Positions 1 to 15,000 of a stretch of DNA of 64,000 nt are shown piece after piece (within the stretch, counting starts at the first letter, position 1; each line of letters opens with the position of its first letter). The stretch comes from Nemertoderma westbladi (taxonomy: Eukaryota; Animalia; Xenacoelomorpha). Location: NCBI GenBank assembly GCA_032718475.1, contig JAUCBJ010000359.1, positions 23,004 through 87,003 of the forward strand, given 5' to 3'. The position numbers were made by a program, and so were the translations under genes. The notes beneath the pieces were generated by a model, which searched no databases, was not told the origin of the DNA, and worked only from the letters and a program-made list of their open reading frames with translations.

Positions 1-3000
1 AAATATTAGTAAAATAGAGAACGCTACCTATAATGGCAAAATATTAGTAAAATAGAAAACGCTACCTATAATGGCAAAATATTAGTAAAATAGAGAACGC
101 TACCTATAATGGCAAAATAATAGTAAAATAGAGAACGCTACCTATAAGGCAAAATATTAGTAAAATAAAGAATGCTACCTGTAATGGCAAAATATTAGTA
201 AATTAGAGAACGCTACCTATAATGGCAAAATATTAGTAAAATAGAGAACGCTACCTATAATGGCAAAATATTAGTAAAATAGAAAACGCTACCTATAATG
301 GGAAAATATTAGTAAAATAGAGAACGCTACCTGTAATGGCAAAATATTAGTAAAATAGAGAACGCTACCTATAATGGCAAAATATTAGTAAATTAGAGAA
401 CGCTACCTGTAATGGCAAAATATTAGTAAAATAGTGAACGCCATAGAATGGCAAAATATTAGTAAAATAGAGAACGCTACCTATAATGGGAAAATATTAG
501 TAAAATAGAGAACGCTACCTGTAATGGCAAAATAATAGTAAAATAGAGAACGCCATAGAATGGCAAAATATTCGTAAAATAGAGAACGCTACCTATAATG
601 GGAAAATATTAGTAAAATAGAGAACGCTACCTGTAATGGCAAAATATTAGTAAAATAGAGAACGCTACCTATAATGGCAAAATATTAGTAAATTAGAGAA
701 CGCTACCTGTAATGGCAAAATATTAGTAAAATAGAGAACGCCATAGAATGGCATAATATTCGTAAAATAGAGAACACTACCTATAATGGGAAAATATTAG
801 TAAAATAGAGAACGCTACCTGTAATGGCAAAATAATAGTAAAATAGAGAACGCCATAGAATGGCAAAATATTCGTAAAATAGAGAACGCTACCTATAATG
901 GGAAAATATTAGTAAAATAGAGAACGCTACCTGTAATGGCAAAATAATAGTAAAATAGAGAACGCCATAGAATGGCAAAATATTCGTAAAATAGAGAACG
1001 CTACCTATAATGGCAAAATAATAGTAAAATAGAGAACGCCATAGAATGGCAAAATATTAGTAAAATAGAGAACGCTACCTATAATGGCAAAATAATAGTA
1101 AAATAGAGAACGCCATAGAATGGCAAAATATTCGTAAAATAGAGAACGCTACCTATAATGGGAAAATATTAGTAAAATAGAGAACGCTACCTGTAATGGC
1201 AAAATAATAGTAAAATAGAGAACGCCATAGAATGGCAAAATATTCGTAAAATAGAGAACGCTACCTATAATGGGAAAATATTAGTGAAATAGAGAACGCT
1301 ACCTGTAATGGCAAAATAATAGTAAAATAGAGAACGCCATAGAATGGCAAAATATTCGTAAAATAGAGAACGCTACCTATAATGGGAAAATATTAGTAAA
1401 ATAGAGAACGCTACCTGTAATGGCAAAATATTAGTGAAATAGAGAACGCTACCTATAATGGCAAAATATTAGTAAATTAGAGAATGCTACCTATAATGGC
1501 AAAATATTAGTAAAATAGAGAACGCTACCTATAAGGCAAAATATTAGTAAATTAGAGAACGCTACCTATAATGGCAAAATATTAGTAAAATAGAGAACGC
1601 TACCTATAATGGCAAAATATTAGTAAAATAGAGAACGCTACCTATAATGGCAAAATAATAGTAAAATAGAGAACGCCATAGAATGGCAAAATATTCGTAA
1701 AATAGAGAACGCTACCTATAATGGGAAAATATTAGTAAAATAGAGAACGCTACCTGTAATGGCAAAATATTAGTAAAATGGAGAACGCTACCTATAATGG
1801 CAAAATATTAGTAAATTAGAGAATGCTACTTATAATGGCAAAATATTAGTAAAATAGAGAACGCTACCTATAAGGCAAAATATTAGTAAATTAGAGAACG
1901 CTACCTATAATGGCAAAATATTAGTAAAATAGAGAACGCTACCTATAATGGGAAAATATTAGTAAAATAGAAAAAGCTACCTATAATGGGAAAATATTAG
2001 TAAAATAGAGAACGCTACCTATAATGGCAAAATATTAGTAAAATAGAAAACGCTACCTATAATGGCAAAATATTAGTAAAATAGAGAACGCTACCTATAA
2101 TGACAAAATATTAGTAAAATAGAGAACGCTACCTATAATGCAAAATATTAGTAAAATAGAGAACGCTACCTATAATGGCAAAATATTAGTAAAATAGAGA
2201 ACGCTACCTATAATGGCAAAATAATAGTAAAATAGAGAACGCTACCTATAATGGCAAAATATTAGTAAAATAGAATACGCTACCTATAATGGAAAAATAT
2301 TAGTAAAATAGAGAACGCTACCTATAATGGCAAAATAATAGTAAAATAGAGAACGCCATAGAATGGCAAAATATTCGTAAAATAGAGAACGCTACCTATA
2401 ATGGGAAAATATTAGTAAAATAGAGCACGCTACCTGTAATGGCAAAATATTAGTAAAATAGAGAACGCTACCTATAATGGCAAAATATTAGTAAATTAGA
2501 GAACGCTACCTATAATGGCAAAATATTAGTAAAATAGAGAACGCTACCTATAATGGCAAAATATTAGTAAAATAGAAAACGCTACCTATAATGGCAAAAT
2601 ATTAGTAAAATAGAGAACGCTACCTATAATGACAAAATATTAGTAAAATAGAGAACGCTACCTATAATGGCAAAATAATAGTAAAATAGAGAACGCTACC
2701 TATATTGGCAAAATATTAGTAAAATAGAAAACGCTACCTATAATGGAAAAATATTAGTAAAATAGAGAACGCTACCTATAATGGCAAAATAATAGTAAAA
2801 TAGAGAACGCCATAGAATGGCAAAATATTAGTAAAATAGAGAACGCTACCTATAATGGGAAAATATTAGTAAAATAGAGAACGCTACCTGTAATGGCAAA
2901 ATATTAGTAAAATAGAGAACACTACCTATAATGGCAAAATATTAGTAAATTAGAGAACGCTACCTATAATGGCAAAATATTAGTAAAATAGAGAACGCTA

Positions 3001-6000
3001 CCTATAATGGCAAAATATTAGTAAAATAGAAAACGCTACCTATAATGGCAAAATATTAGTAAAATAGAGAATGCTACCTATAATGACAAAATATTAGTAA
3101 AATAGAGAACGCTACCTATAATGGCAAAATAATAATAAAATAGAGAACGCTACCTATAATGGCAAAATATTAGTAAAATAGAAAACGCTACCTATAATGG
3201 AAAAATATTAGTAAAATAGAGAACGCTACCTATAATGGCAAAATAATAGTAAAATAGAGAACGCTACCTATAATAACAAAATATTAGTAAAATAGAAAAC
3301 GCTACCTATAATGGCAAAATATTAGTAAAATAGAGAACGCTACCTATAATGACAAAATATTAGTAAAATAGAGAACGCTACCTATAAGGCAAAATATTAG
3401 TAAAATAGAGAACGCTACCTATAATGGCAAAATATTAGTAAAATAGAGAATGCTACCTATAATGGCAAAATATTAGTAAAATAGAGAACGCTACCTATAA
3501 TGACAAAATATTAGTAAAATAGAGAACGCTACCTATAAGGCAAAATAGTAGTAAAATAGAGAACGCTACCTATAAGGCAAAATATTAGTAAAATAGAGAA
3601 CGCTACCTATAATGGCAAAATATTAGTAAAATAGAGAATGCTACCTATAATGGCAAAATAATAGTAAAATAGAGAACGCTACCTATAAGGCAAAATATTA
3701 GTAAAATAAAGAACGCTACCTATAATGGCAAAATATTAGTAAAATAGAGAATGCTACCTATAATGGCAAAATAATAGTAAAATAGAGAATGCTACCTATA
3801 ATGGCAAAATATTAGTAAAATAGAGAACGCTACCTATAATGACAAAATATTAGTAAAATAGAGAACGCTACCTATAAGGCAAAATATTAGTAAAATAGAG
3901 AACGCTACCTATAATGGCAAAATATTAGTAAAATAGAGAATGCTACCTATAATGGCAAAATAATAGTAAAATAGAGAATGCTACCTATAATGGCAAAATA
4001 TTAGTAAAATAGAAAACGCTACCTATAATGGAAAAATTTTAGTAAAATAGAGAACGCTACCTACAATGGCAAAATAATAGTAAAATAGAGAACGCCATAG
4101 AATGGCAAAATATTCGTAAAATAGAGAACGCTACCTATAATGGGAAAATATTAGTAAAATAGAGAACGCTACCTGTAATGGCCAAATATTAGTAAAATAG
4201 AGAACGCTACCTATAATGGCAAAATATTAGTAAAATAGAGAACGCCACCTATAATGGCAAAATATTAGTAAAATAGAAAACGCTACCTATAATGGCAAAA
4301 TATTAGTAAAATAGAGAACGCTACCTATAATGACAAAATATTAGTAAAATAGAGAACGCTACCTATAAGGCAAAATATTAGTAAAATAGAGAATGCTACC
4401 TGTAATGGCAAAATATTAGTAAATTAGAGAACGCTACCCATAATGGCAAAATATTAGTAAAATAGAGAACGCTACCTATAATGGCAAAATATTAGTAAAA
4501 TAGAGAATGCTACCTATAATGGCAAAATATTAGTAAATTAGAGAACGCTACCTGTAATGGCAAAATATTAGTAAAATAGTGAACGCTACCTATAATGGCA
4601 AAATATTAGTAAAATAGTGAACGCTACCTATAATGGCAAAATATTAGTAAAATAGTGAACGCTACCTATAATGGCAAAACATTAGTAAAATAGAGAACGC
4701 TACCTATAATGGCAAAATATTAGTAAAATAGAAAACGCTACCTACAATGGCAAAATAATAGTAAAATAGAGAACGCCATAGAATGGCAAAATATTCGTAA
4801 AATAGAGAACGCTACCTATAATGGGAAAATATTAGTAAAATAGAGAACGCTACCTGTAATGGCAAAATATTAGTAAAATAGAGAACGCTACCTATAATGG
4901 CAAAATATTAGTAAATTAGAGAACGCTACCTATAATGGCAAAATATTAGTAAAATAGAGAACGCTACCTATAATGGCAAAATATTAGTAAAATAGAAAAC
5001 GCTACCTATAATGGCAAAATATTAGTAAAATAGAGAACGCTACCTATAATGGCAAAATATTAGTAAAATAGAAAACGCTACCTATAATGGCAAAATATTA
5101 GTAAAATAGAGAACGCTACCTATAATGACAAAATATTAGTAAAATAGAGAACGCTACCTATAAGGCAAAATATTAGTAAAATAGAGAATGCTACCTGTAA
5201 TGGCAAAATATTAGTAAATTAGAGAACGCTACCTATAATGGCAAAATATTAGTAAAATAGAGAACGCTACCTATAATGGCAAAATATTAGTAAAATAGAA
5301 AACGCTACCTATAATGGGAAAATATTAGTAAAATAGAGAACGCTACCTGTAATGGCAAAATATTAGTAAAATAGAGAACGCTACCTATAATGGCAAAATA
5401 TTAGTAAATTAGAGAACGCTACCTGTAATGGCAAAATATTAGTAAAATAGTGAACGCTACCTATAATGGCAAAATATTAGTAAAATAGAGAACGCTACCT
5501 ATAATGGCAAAATATTAGTAAAATAGAGAACGCCACCTATAATGGCAAAATATTAGTAAAATAGAAAACGCTACCTATAATGGCAAAATATTAGTAAAAT
5601 AGAGAACGCTACCTATAATGACAAAATATTAGTAAAATAGAGAACGCTACCTATAAGGCAAAATATTAGTAAAATAGAGAATGCTACCTGTAATGGCAAA
5701 ATATTAGTAAATTAGAGAACGCTACCTATAATGGCAAAATATTAGTAAAATAGAGAACGCTACCTATAATGGCAAAATATTAGTAAAATAGAGAATGCTA
5801 CCTATAATGGCAAAATATTAGTAAATTAGAGAACGCTACCTGTAATGGCAAAATATTAGTAAAATAGTGAACGCTACCTATAATGGCAAAATATTAGTAA
5901 AATAGTGAACGCTACCTATAATGGCAAAATAATAGTAAAATAGAGAACGCTACCTATAATGGCAAAATATTAGTAAAATAGAAAACGCTACCTATAATGG

Positions 6001-9000
6001 AAAAATATTAGTAAAATAGAGAACGCTACCTATAATGGCAAAATAATAGTAAAATAGAGAACGCCATAGAATGGCAAAATATTCGTAAAATAGAGAACGC
6101 TACCTATAAGGCAAAATATTAGTAAAATAGAGAATGCTACCTGTAATGGCAAAATATTAGTAAATTAGAGAACGCTACCTATAATGGCAAAATATTAGTA
6201 AATTAGAGAATGCTACTTATAATGGCAAAATATTAGTAAAATAGAGAACGCTACCTATAATGACAAAATATTAGTAAAATAGAGAACGCTACCTATAAGG
6301 CAAAATATTAGTAAAATAGAGAACGCTACCTATAATGGCAAAATATTAGTAAAATAGAGAACGCTACCTATAATGGCAAAATATTAGTAAAATAGAGAAT
6401 GCTACCTATAATGGCAAAATAATAGTAAAATAGAGAACGCTACCTATAAGGCAAAATATTAGTAAAATAAAGAACGCTACCTATAATGGCAAAATATTAG
6501 TGAAATAGAGAATGCTACCTATAATGGCAAAATAATAGTAAAATAGAGAATGCTACCTATAATGGCAAAATATTAGTAAAATAGAGAACGCTACCTATAA
6601 TGACAAAATATTAGTAAAATAGAGAACGCTACCTATAAGGCAAAATATTAGTAAAATAGAGAACGCTACCTATAATGGCAAAATATTAGTAAAATAGAGA
6701 ATGCTACCTATAATGGCAAAATAATAGTAAAATAGAGAATGCTACCTATAATGGCAAAATATTAGTAAAATAGAAAACGCTACCTATAATGGAAAAATTT
6801 TAGTAAAATAGAGAACGCTACCTACAATGGCAAAATAATAGTAAAATAGAGAACGCCATAGAATGGCAAAATATTCGTAAAATAGAGAACGCTACCTATA
6901 ATGGGAAAATATTAGTAAAATAGAGAACGCTACCTGTAATGGCAAAATATTAGTAAAATAGAGAACGCTACCTATAATGGCAAAATATTAGTAAATTAGA
7001 GAACGCTACCTATAATGGCAAAATATTAGTAAAATAGAGAACGCTACCTATAATGGCAAAATATTAGTAAAATAGAAAACGCTACCTATAATGGCAAAAT
7101 ATTAGTAAAATAGAGAACGCTACCTATAATGGCAAAATATTAGTAAAATAGAAAACGCTACCTATAATGGCAAAATATTAGTAAAATAGAGAACGCTACC
7201 TATAATGACAAAATATTAGTAAAATAGAGAACGCTACCTATAAGGCAAAATATTAGTAAAATAGAGAATGCTACCTGTAATGGCAAAATATTAGTAAATT
7301 AGAGAACGCTACCTATAATGGCAAAATATTAGTAAAATAGAGAACGCTACCTATAATGGCAAAATATTAGTAAAATAGAAAACGCTACCTATAATGGCAA
7401 AATATTAGTAAAATAGAGAACGCTACCTGTAATGGCAAAATATTAGTAAAATAGAGAACGCTACCTATAATGGCAAAATATTAGTAAAATAGAGAACGCT
7501 ACCTGTAATGGCAAAATATTAGTAAAATAGAGAACGCTACCTATAATGGCAAAATATTAGTAAAATAGAGAACGCTACCTATAATGGCAAAATATTAGTA
7601 AAATAGAGAACGCTACCTATAATGGCAAAATATTAGTAAAATAGAAAACGCTACCTATAATGGCAAAATATTAGTAAAATAGAGAACGCTACCTATAATG
7701 GCAAAATATTAGTAAAATAGAGAACGCTACCTATAATGGCAAAATATTAGTAAAATAGAGAATGCTACCTGTAATGGCAAAATATTAGTAAATTAGAGAA
7801 CGCTACCTATAATGGCAAAATATTAGTAAAATAGAGAACGCTACCTATAATGGCAAAATATTAGTAAAATAGAGAACGCTACCTATAATGGCAAAATATT
7901 AGTAAATTAGAGAACGCTACCTGTAATGGCAAAATATTAGTAAAATAGTGAACGCTACCTATAATGGCAAAATATTAGTAAAATAGTGAACGCTACCTAT
8001 AATGGCAAAATATTAGTAAAATAGAGAACGCTACCTATAATGGCAAAATATTAGTAAAATAGAGAACGCTACCTATAATGGCAAAATATTAGTAAAATAG
8101 AAAACGCCACCTACAATGGCAAAATAATAGTAAAATAGAGAACGCCATAGAATGGCAAAATATTCGTAAAATAGAGAACGCTACCTATAATGGGAAAATA
8201 TTAGAAAATAGAGAACGCTACCTGTAATGGCAAAATATTAGTAAAATAGAGAACGCTACCTATAATGGCAAAATATTAGTAAATTAGAGAACGCTACCTA
8301 TAATGGCAAAATATTAGTAAAATAGAGAACGCTACCTATAATGGCAAAATATTAGTAAAATAGAAAACGCTACCTATAATGGCAAAATATTAGTAAAATA
8401 GAGAACGCTACCTATAATGGCAAAATATTAGTAAAATAGAAAACGCTACCTATAATGGCAAAATATTAGTAAAATAGAGAACGCTACCTATAATGACAAA
8501 ATATTAGTAAAATAGAGAACGCTACCTATAAGGCAAAATATTAGTAAAATAGAGAATGCTACCTGTAATGGCAAAATATTAGTAAATTAGAGAACGCTAC
8601 CTATAATGGCAAAATATTAGTAAAATAGAGAACGCTACCTATAATGGCAAAATATTAGTAAAATAGAAAACGCTACCTATAATGGGAAAATATTAGTAAA
8701 ATAGAGAACGCTACCTGTAATGGCAAAATATTAGTAAAATAGAGAACGCTACCTATAATGGCAAAATATTAGTAAATTAGAGAACGCTACCTGTAATGGC
8801 AAAATATTAGTAAAATAGTGAACGCTACCTATAATGGCAAAATATTAGTAAAATAGAGAACGCTACCTATAATGGCAAAATATTAGTAAAATAGAGAACG
8901 CCACCTATAATGGCAAAATATTAGTAAAATAGAAAACGCTACCTATAATGGCAAAATATTAGTAAAATAGAGAACGCTACCTATAATGACAAAATATTAG

Positions 9001-12000
9001 TAAAATAGAGAACGCTACCTATAAGGCAAAATATTAGTAAAATAGAGAATGCTACCTGTAATGGCAAAATATTAGTAAATTAGAGAACGCTACCTATAAT
9101 GGCAAAATATTAGTAAAATAGAGAACGCTACCTATAATGGCAAAATATTAGTAAAATAGAGAATGCTACCTATAATGGCAAAATATTAGTAAATTAGAGA
9201 ACGCTACCTGTAATGGCAAAATATTAGTAAAATAGTGAACGCTACCTATAATGGCAAAATATTAGTAAAATAGTGAACGCTACCTATAATGGCAAAATAA
9301 TAGTAAAATAGAGAACGCTACCTATAATGGCAAAATATTAGTAAAATAGAAAACGCTACCTATAATGGCAAAATATTAGTAAAATAGAGAACGCTACCTA
9401 TAATGGCAAAATAATAGTAAAATAGAGAACGCCATAGAATGGCAAAATATTCGTAAAATAGAGAACGCTACCTATAAGGCAAAATATTAGTAAAATAGAG
9501 AATGCTACCTGTAATGGCAAAATATTAGTAAATTAGAGAACGCTACCTATAATGGCAAAATATTAGTAAATTAGAGAATGCTACTTATAATGGCAAAATA
9601 TTAGTAAAATAGAGAACGCTACCTATAAGGCAAAATATTAGTAAATTAGAGAACGCTACCTATAATGGCAAAATATTAGTAAAATAGAGAACGCTACCTA
9701 TAATGGGAAAATATTAGTAAAATAGAAAAAGCTACCTATAATGGGAAAATATTAGTAAAATAGAGAACGCTACCTATAATGGCAAAATATTAGTAAAATA
9801 GAAAACGCTACCTATAATGGCAAAATATTAGTAAAATAGAGAACGCTACCTATAATGACAAAATATTAGTAAAATAGAGAACGCTACCTATAATGCAAAA
9901 TATTAGTAAAATAGAGAACGCTACCTATAATGGCAAAATATTAGTAAAATAGAGAACGCTACCTATAATGGCAAAATAATAGTAAAATAGAGAACGCTAC
10001 CTATAATGGCAAAATATTAGTAAAATAGAAAACGCTACCTATAATGGAAAAATATTAGTAAAATAGAGAACGCTACCTATAATGGCAAAATAATAGTAAA
10101 ATAGAGAACGCCATAGAATGGCAAAATATTCGTAAAATAGAGAACGCTACCTATAATGGGAAAATATTAGTAAAATAGAGCACGCTACCTGTAATGGCAA
10201 AATATTAGTAAAATAGAGAACGCTACCTATAATGGCAAAATATTAGTAAATTAGAGAACGCTACCTATAATGGCAAAATATTAGTAAAATAGAGAACGCT
10301 ACCTATAATGGCAAAATATTAGTAAAATAGAAAACGCTACCTATAATGGCAAAATATTAGTAAAATAGAGAACGCTACCTATAATGACAAAATATTAGTA
10401 AAATAGAGAACGCTACCTATAATGGCAAAATAATAGTAAAATAGAGAACGCTACCTATAATGGCAAAATATTAGTAAAATAGAAAACGCTACCTATAATG
10501 GAAAAATATTAGTAAAATAGAGAACGCTACCTATAATGGCAAAATAATAGTAAAATAGAGAACGCCATAGAATGGCAAAATATTAGTAAAATAGAGAACG
10601 CTACCTATAATGGGAAAATATTAGTAAAATAGAGAACGCTACCTGTAATGGCAAAATATTAGTAAAATAGAGAACACTACCTATAATGGCAAAATATTAG
10701 TAAATTAGAGAACGCTACCTATAATGGCAAAATATTAGTAAAATAGAGAACGCTACCTATAATGGCAAAATATTAGTAAAATAGAAAACGCTACCTATAA
10801 TGGCAAAATATTAGTAAAATAGAGAATGCTACCTATAATGACAAAATATTAGTAAAATAGAGAACGCTACCTATAATGGCAAAATAATAATAAAATAGAG
10901 AACGCTACCTATAATGGCAAAATATTAGTAAAATAGAAAACGCTACCTATAATGGAAAAATATTAGTAAAATAGAGAACGCTACCTATAATGGCAAAATA
11001 ATAGTAAAATAGAGAACGCCATAGAATGGCAAAATATTCGTAAAATAGAGAACGCTACCTATAATGGGAAAATATTAGTAAAATAGAGAACGCTACCTAT
11101 AATGGCAAAATATTAGTAAAATAGAAAACGCTACCTATAATGGCAAAATATTAGTAAAATAGAGAACGCTACCTATAATGACAAAATATTAGTAAAATAG
11201 AGAACGCTACCTATAAGGCAAAATATTAGTAAAATAGAGAACGCTACCTATAATGGCAAAATATTAGTAAAATAGAGAATGCTACCTATAATGGCAAAAT
11301 AATAGTAAAATAGAGAACGCTACCTATAATGGCAAAATATTAGTAAAATAGAAAACGCTACCTATAATGGAAAAATATTAGTAAAATAGAGAACGCTACC
11401 TACAATGGCAAAATAATAGTAAAATAGAGAACGCCATAGAATGGCAAAATATTCGTAAAATAGAGAACGCTACCTATAATGGGAAAATATTAGTAAAATA
11501 GAGAACGCTACCTGTAATGGCAAAATATTAGTAAAATAGAGAACGCTACCTATAATGGCAAAATATTAGTAAATTAGAGAACGCTACCTATAATGGCAAA
11601 ATATTAGTAAAATAGAGAACGCTACCTATAATGGCAAAATATTAGTAAAATAGAAAACGCTACCTATAATGGCAAAATATTAGTAAAATAGAGAACGCTA
11701 CCTATAATGGCAAAATATTAGTAAAATAGAAAACGCTACCTATAATGGCAAAATATTAGTAAAATAGAGAACGCTACCTATAATGACAAAATATTAGTAA
11801 AATAGAGAACGCTACCTATAAGGCAAAATATTAGTAAAATAGAGAATGCTACCTGTAATGGCAAAATATTAGTAAATTAGAGAACGCTACCTATAATGGC
11901 AAAATATTAGTAAAATAGAGAACGCTACCTATAATGGCAAAATATTAGTAAAATAGAAAACGCTACCTATAATGGGAAAATATTAGTAAAATAGAGAACG

Positions 12001-15000
12001 CTACCTGTAATGGCAAAATATTAGTAAAATAGAGAACGCTACCTATAATGGCAAAATATTAGTAAATTAGAGAACGCTACCTGTAATGGCAAAATATTAG
12101 TAAAATAGTGAACGCTACCTATAATGGCAAAATATTAGTAAAATAGAGAACGCTACCTATAATGGCAAAATATTAGTAAAATAGAGAACGCCACCTATAA
12201 TGGCAAAATATTAGTAAAATAGAAAACGCTACCTATAATGGCAAAATATTAGTAAAATAGAGAACGCTACCTATAATGACAAAATATTAGTAAAATAGAG
12301 AACGCTACCTATAAGGCAAAATATTAGTAAAATAGAGAATGCTACCTGTAATGGCAAAATATTAGTAAATTAGAGAACGCTACCTATAATGGCAAAATAT
12401 TAGTAAAATAGAGAACGCTACCTATAATGGCAAAATATTAGTAAAATAGAGAATGCTACCTATAATGGCAAAATATTAGTAAATTAGAGAACGCTACCTG
12501 TAATGGCAAAATATTAGTAAAATAGTGAACGCTACCTATAATGGCAAAATATTAGTAAAATAGTGAACGCTACCTATAATGGCAAAATATTAGTAAAATA
12601 GAGAACGCTACCTATAATGGCAAAATATTAGTAAAATAGAAAACGCTACCTATAATGGCAAAATATTAGTAAAATAGAGAACGCTACCTATAATGACAAA
12701 ATATTAGTAAAATAGAGAAAGCTACCTACCTATAAGGCAAAATATTAGTAAAATAGAGAATGCTACCTGTAATGGCAAAATATTAGTAAAATAGAGAACG
12801 CTACCTATAATGGGAAAATATTAGTAAAATAGAGAACGCTACCTATAATGGCAAAATAATAGTAAATTAGAGAACGCCATAGAATGGCAAAATATTCGTA
12901 AAATAGAGAACGCTACCTATAATGGGAAAATATTAGTAAAATATAGAACGCTACCTATAATGGCAAAATATTAGTAAAATAGAAAACGCTACCTATAATG
13001 GCAAAATATTAGTAAAATAGAGAATGCTACCTATAATGACAAAATATTAGTAAAATAGAGAACGCTACCTATAAGGCAAAATATTAGTAAAATAGAGAAC
13101 GCTACCTATAATGGCAAAATATTAGTAAAATAGAAAACGCTACCTATAATGGCAAAATAATAGTAAAATAGAGAATGCTACCTATAATGGCAAAATATTA
13201 GTAAAATAGAAAACGCTACCTATAATGGAAAAATATTAGTAAAATAGAGAACGCTACCTATAATGGCAAAATAATAGTAAAATAGAGAACGCCATAGAAT
13301 GGCAAAATATTCGTAAAATAGAGAACGCTACCTATAATGGGAAAATATTAGTAAAATAGAGAACGCTACCTGTAATGGCAAAATATTAGTAAAATAGAGA
13401 ACGCTACCTATAATGGCAAAATATTAGTAAATTAGAGAACGCTACCTATAATGGCAAAATATTAGTAAAATAGAGAACGCTACCTATAATGGCAAAATAT
13501 TAGTAAAATAGAAAACGCTACCTATAATGGCAAAATATTAGTAAAATAGAGAACGCTACCTATAATGGCAAAATATTAGTAAAATAGAAAACGCTACCTA
13601 TAATGGCAAAATATTAGTAAAATAGAGAACGCTACCTATAATGACAAAATATTAGTAAAATAGAGAACGCTACCTATAAGGCAAAATATTAGTAAAATAG
13701 AGAATGCTACCTGTAATGGCAAAATATTAGTAAATTAGAGAACGCTACCTATAATGGCAAAATATTAGTAAAATAGAGAACGCTACCTATAATGGCAAAA
13801 TATTAGTAAAATAGAAAACGCTACCTATAATGGGAAAATATTAGTAAAATAGAGAACGCTACCTGTAATGGCAAAATATTAGTAAAATAGAGAACGCTAC
13901 CTATAATGGCAAAATATTAGTAAATAAGAGAACGCTACCTGTAATGGCAAAATATTAGTAAAATAGTGAACGCTACCTATAATGGCAAAATATTAGTAAA
14001 ATAGAGAACGCTACCTATAATGGCAAAATATTAGTAAAATAGAGAACGCTACCTATAATGGCAAAATATTAGTAAAATAGAAAACGCTACCTATAATGGC
14101 AAAATATTAGTAAAATAGAGAACGCTACCTATAATGACAAAATATTAGTAAAATAGAGAACGCTACCTATAAGGCAAAATATTAGTAAAATAGAGAATGC
14201 TACCTGTAATGGCAAAATATTAGTAAATTAGAGAACGCTACCTATAATGGCAAAATATTAGTAAAATAGAGAACGCTACCTATAATGGCAAAATATTAGT
14301 AAAATAGAGAACGCTACCTATAATGGCAAAATATTAGTAAAATAGAGAACGCTACCTGTAATGGCAAAATATTAGTAAAATAGAGAACGCTACCTATAAT
14401 GGCAAAATATTAGTAAAATAGAGAACGCTACCTATAATGGCAAAATATTAGTAAAATAGAGAACGCTACCTATAATGGCAAAATATTAGTAAAATAGAGA
14501 ACGCTACCTATAATGGCAAAATATTAGTAAAATAGAGAACGCTACCTATAATGGCAAAATATTAGTAAAATAGAGAAAGCTACCTATAAGGCAAAATATT
14601 AGTAAAATAGAGAATGCTACCTGTAATGGCAAAATATTAGTAAAATAGAGAACGCTACCTATAATGGGAAAATATTAGTAAAATAGAGAACGCTACCTAT
14701 AATGGCAAAATAATAGTAAAATAGAGAACACTATATAATGGCAAAATATTAGTAAAATAGAGAACGCTACCTATAATGGCAAAATATTAGTAAAATAGAG
14801 AACGCTACCTATAATGGCAAAATATTAGTAAAATAGAGAATGCTACCTATAATGGCAAAATATTAGTAAAATAGAGAACGCTACCTATAATGGCAAAATA
14901 TTAGTAAAATAGAGAACGCTACCTATAAGGCAAAATATTAGTAAAATAGAGAACGCTACCTATAATGGCAAAATATTAGTAAAATAGAGAACGCTACCTA

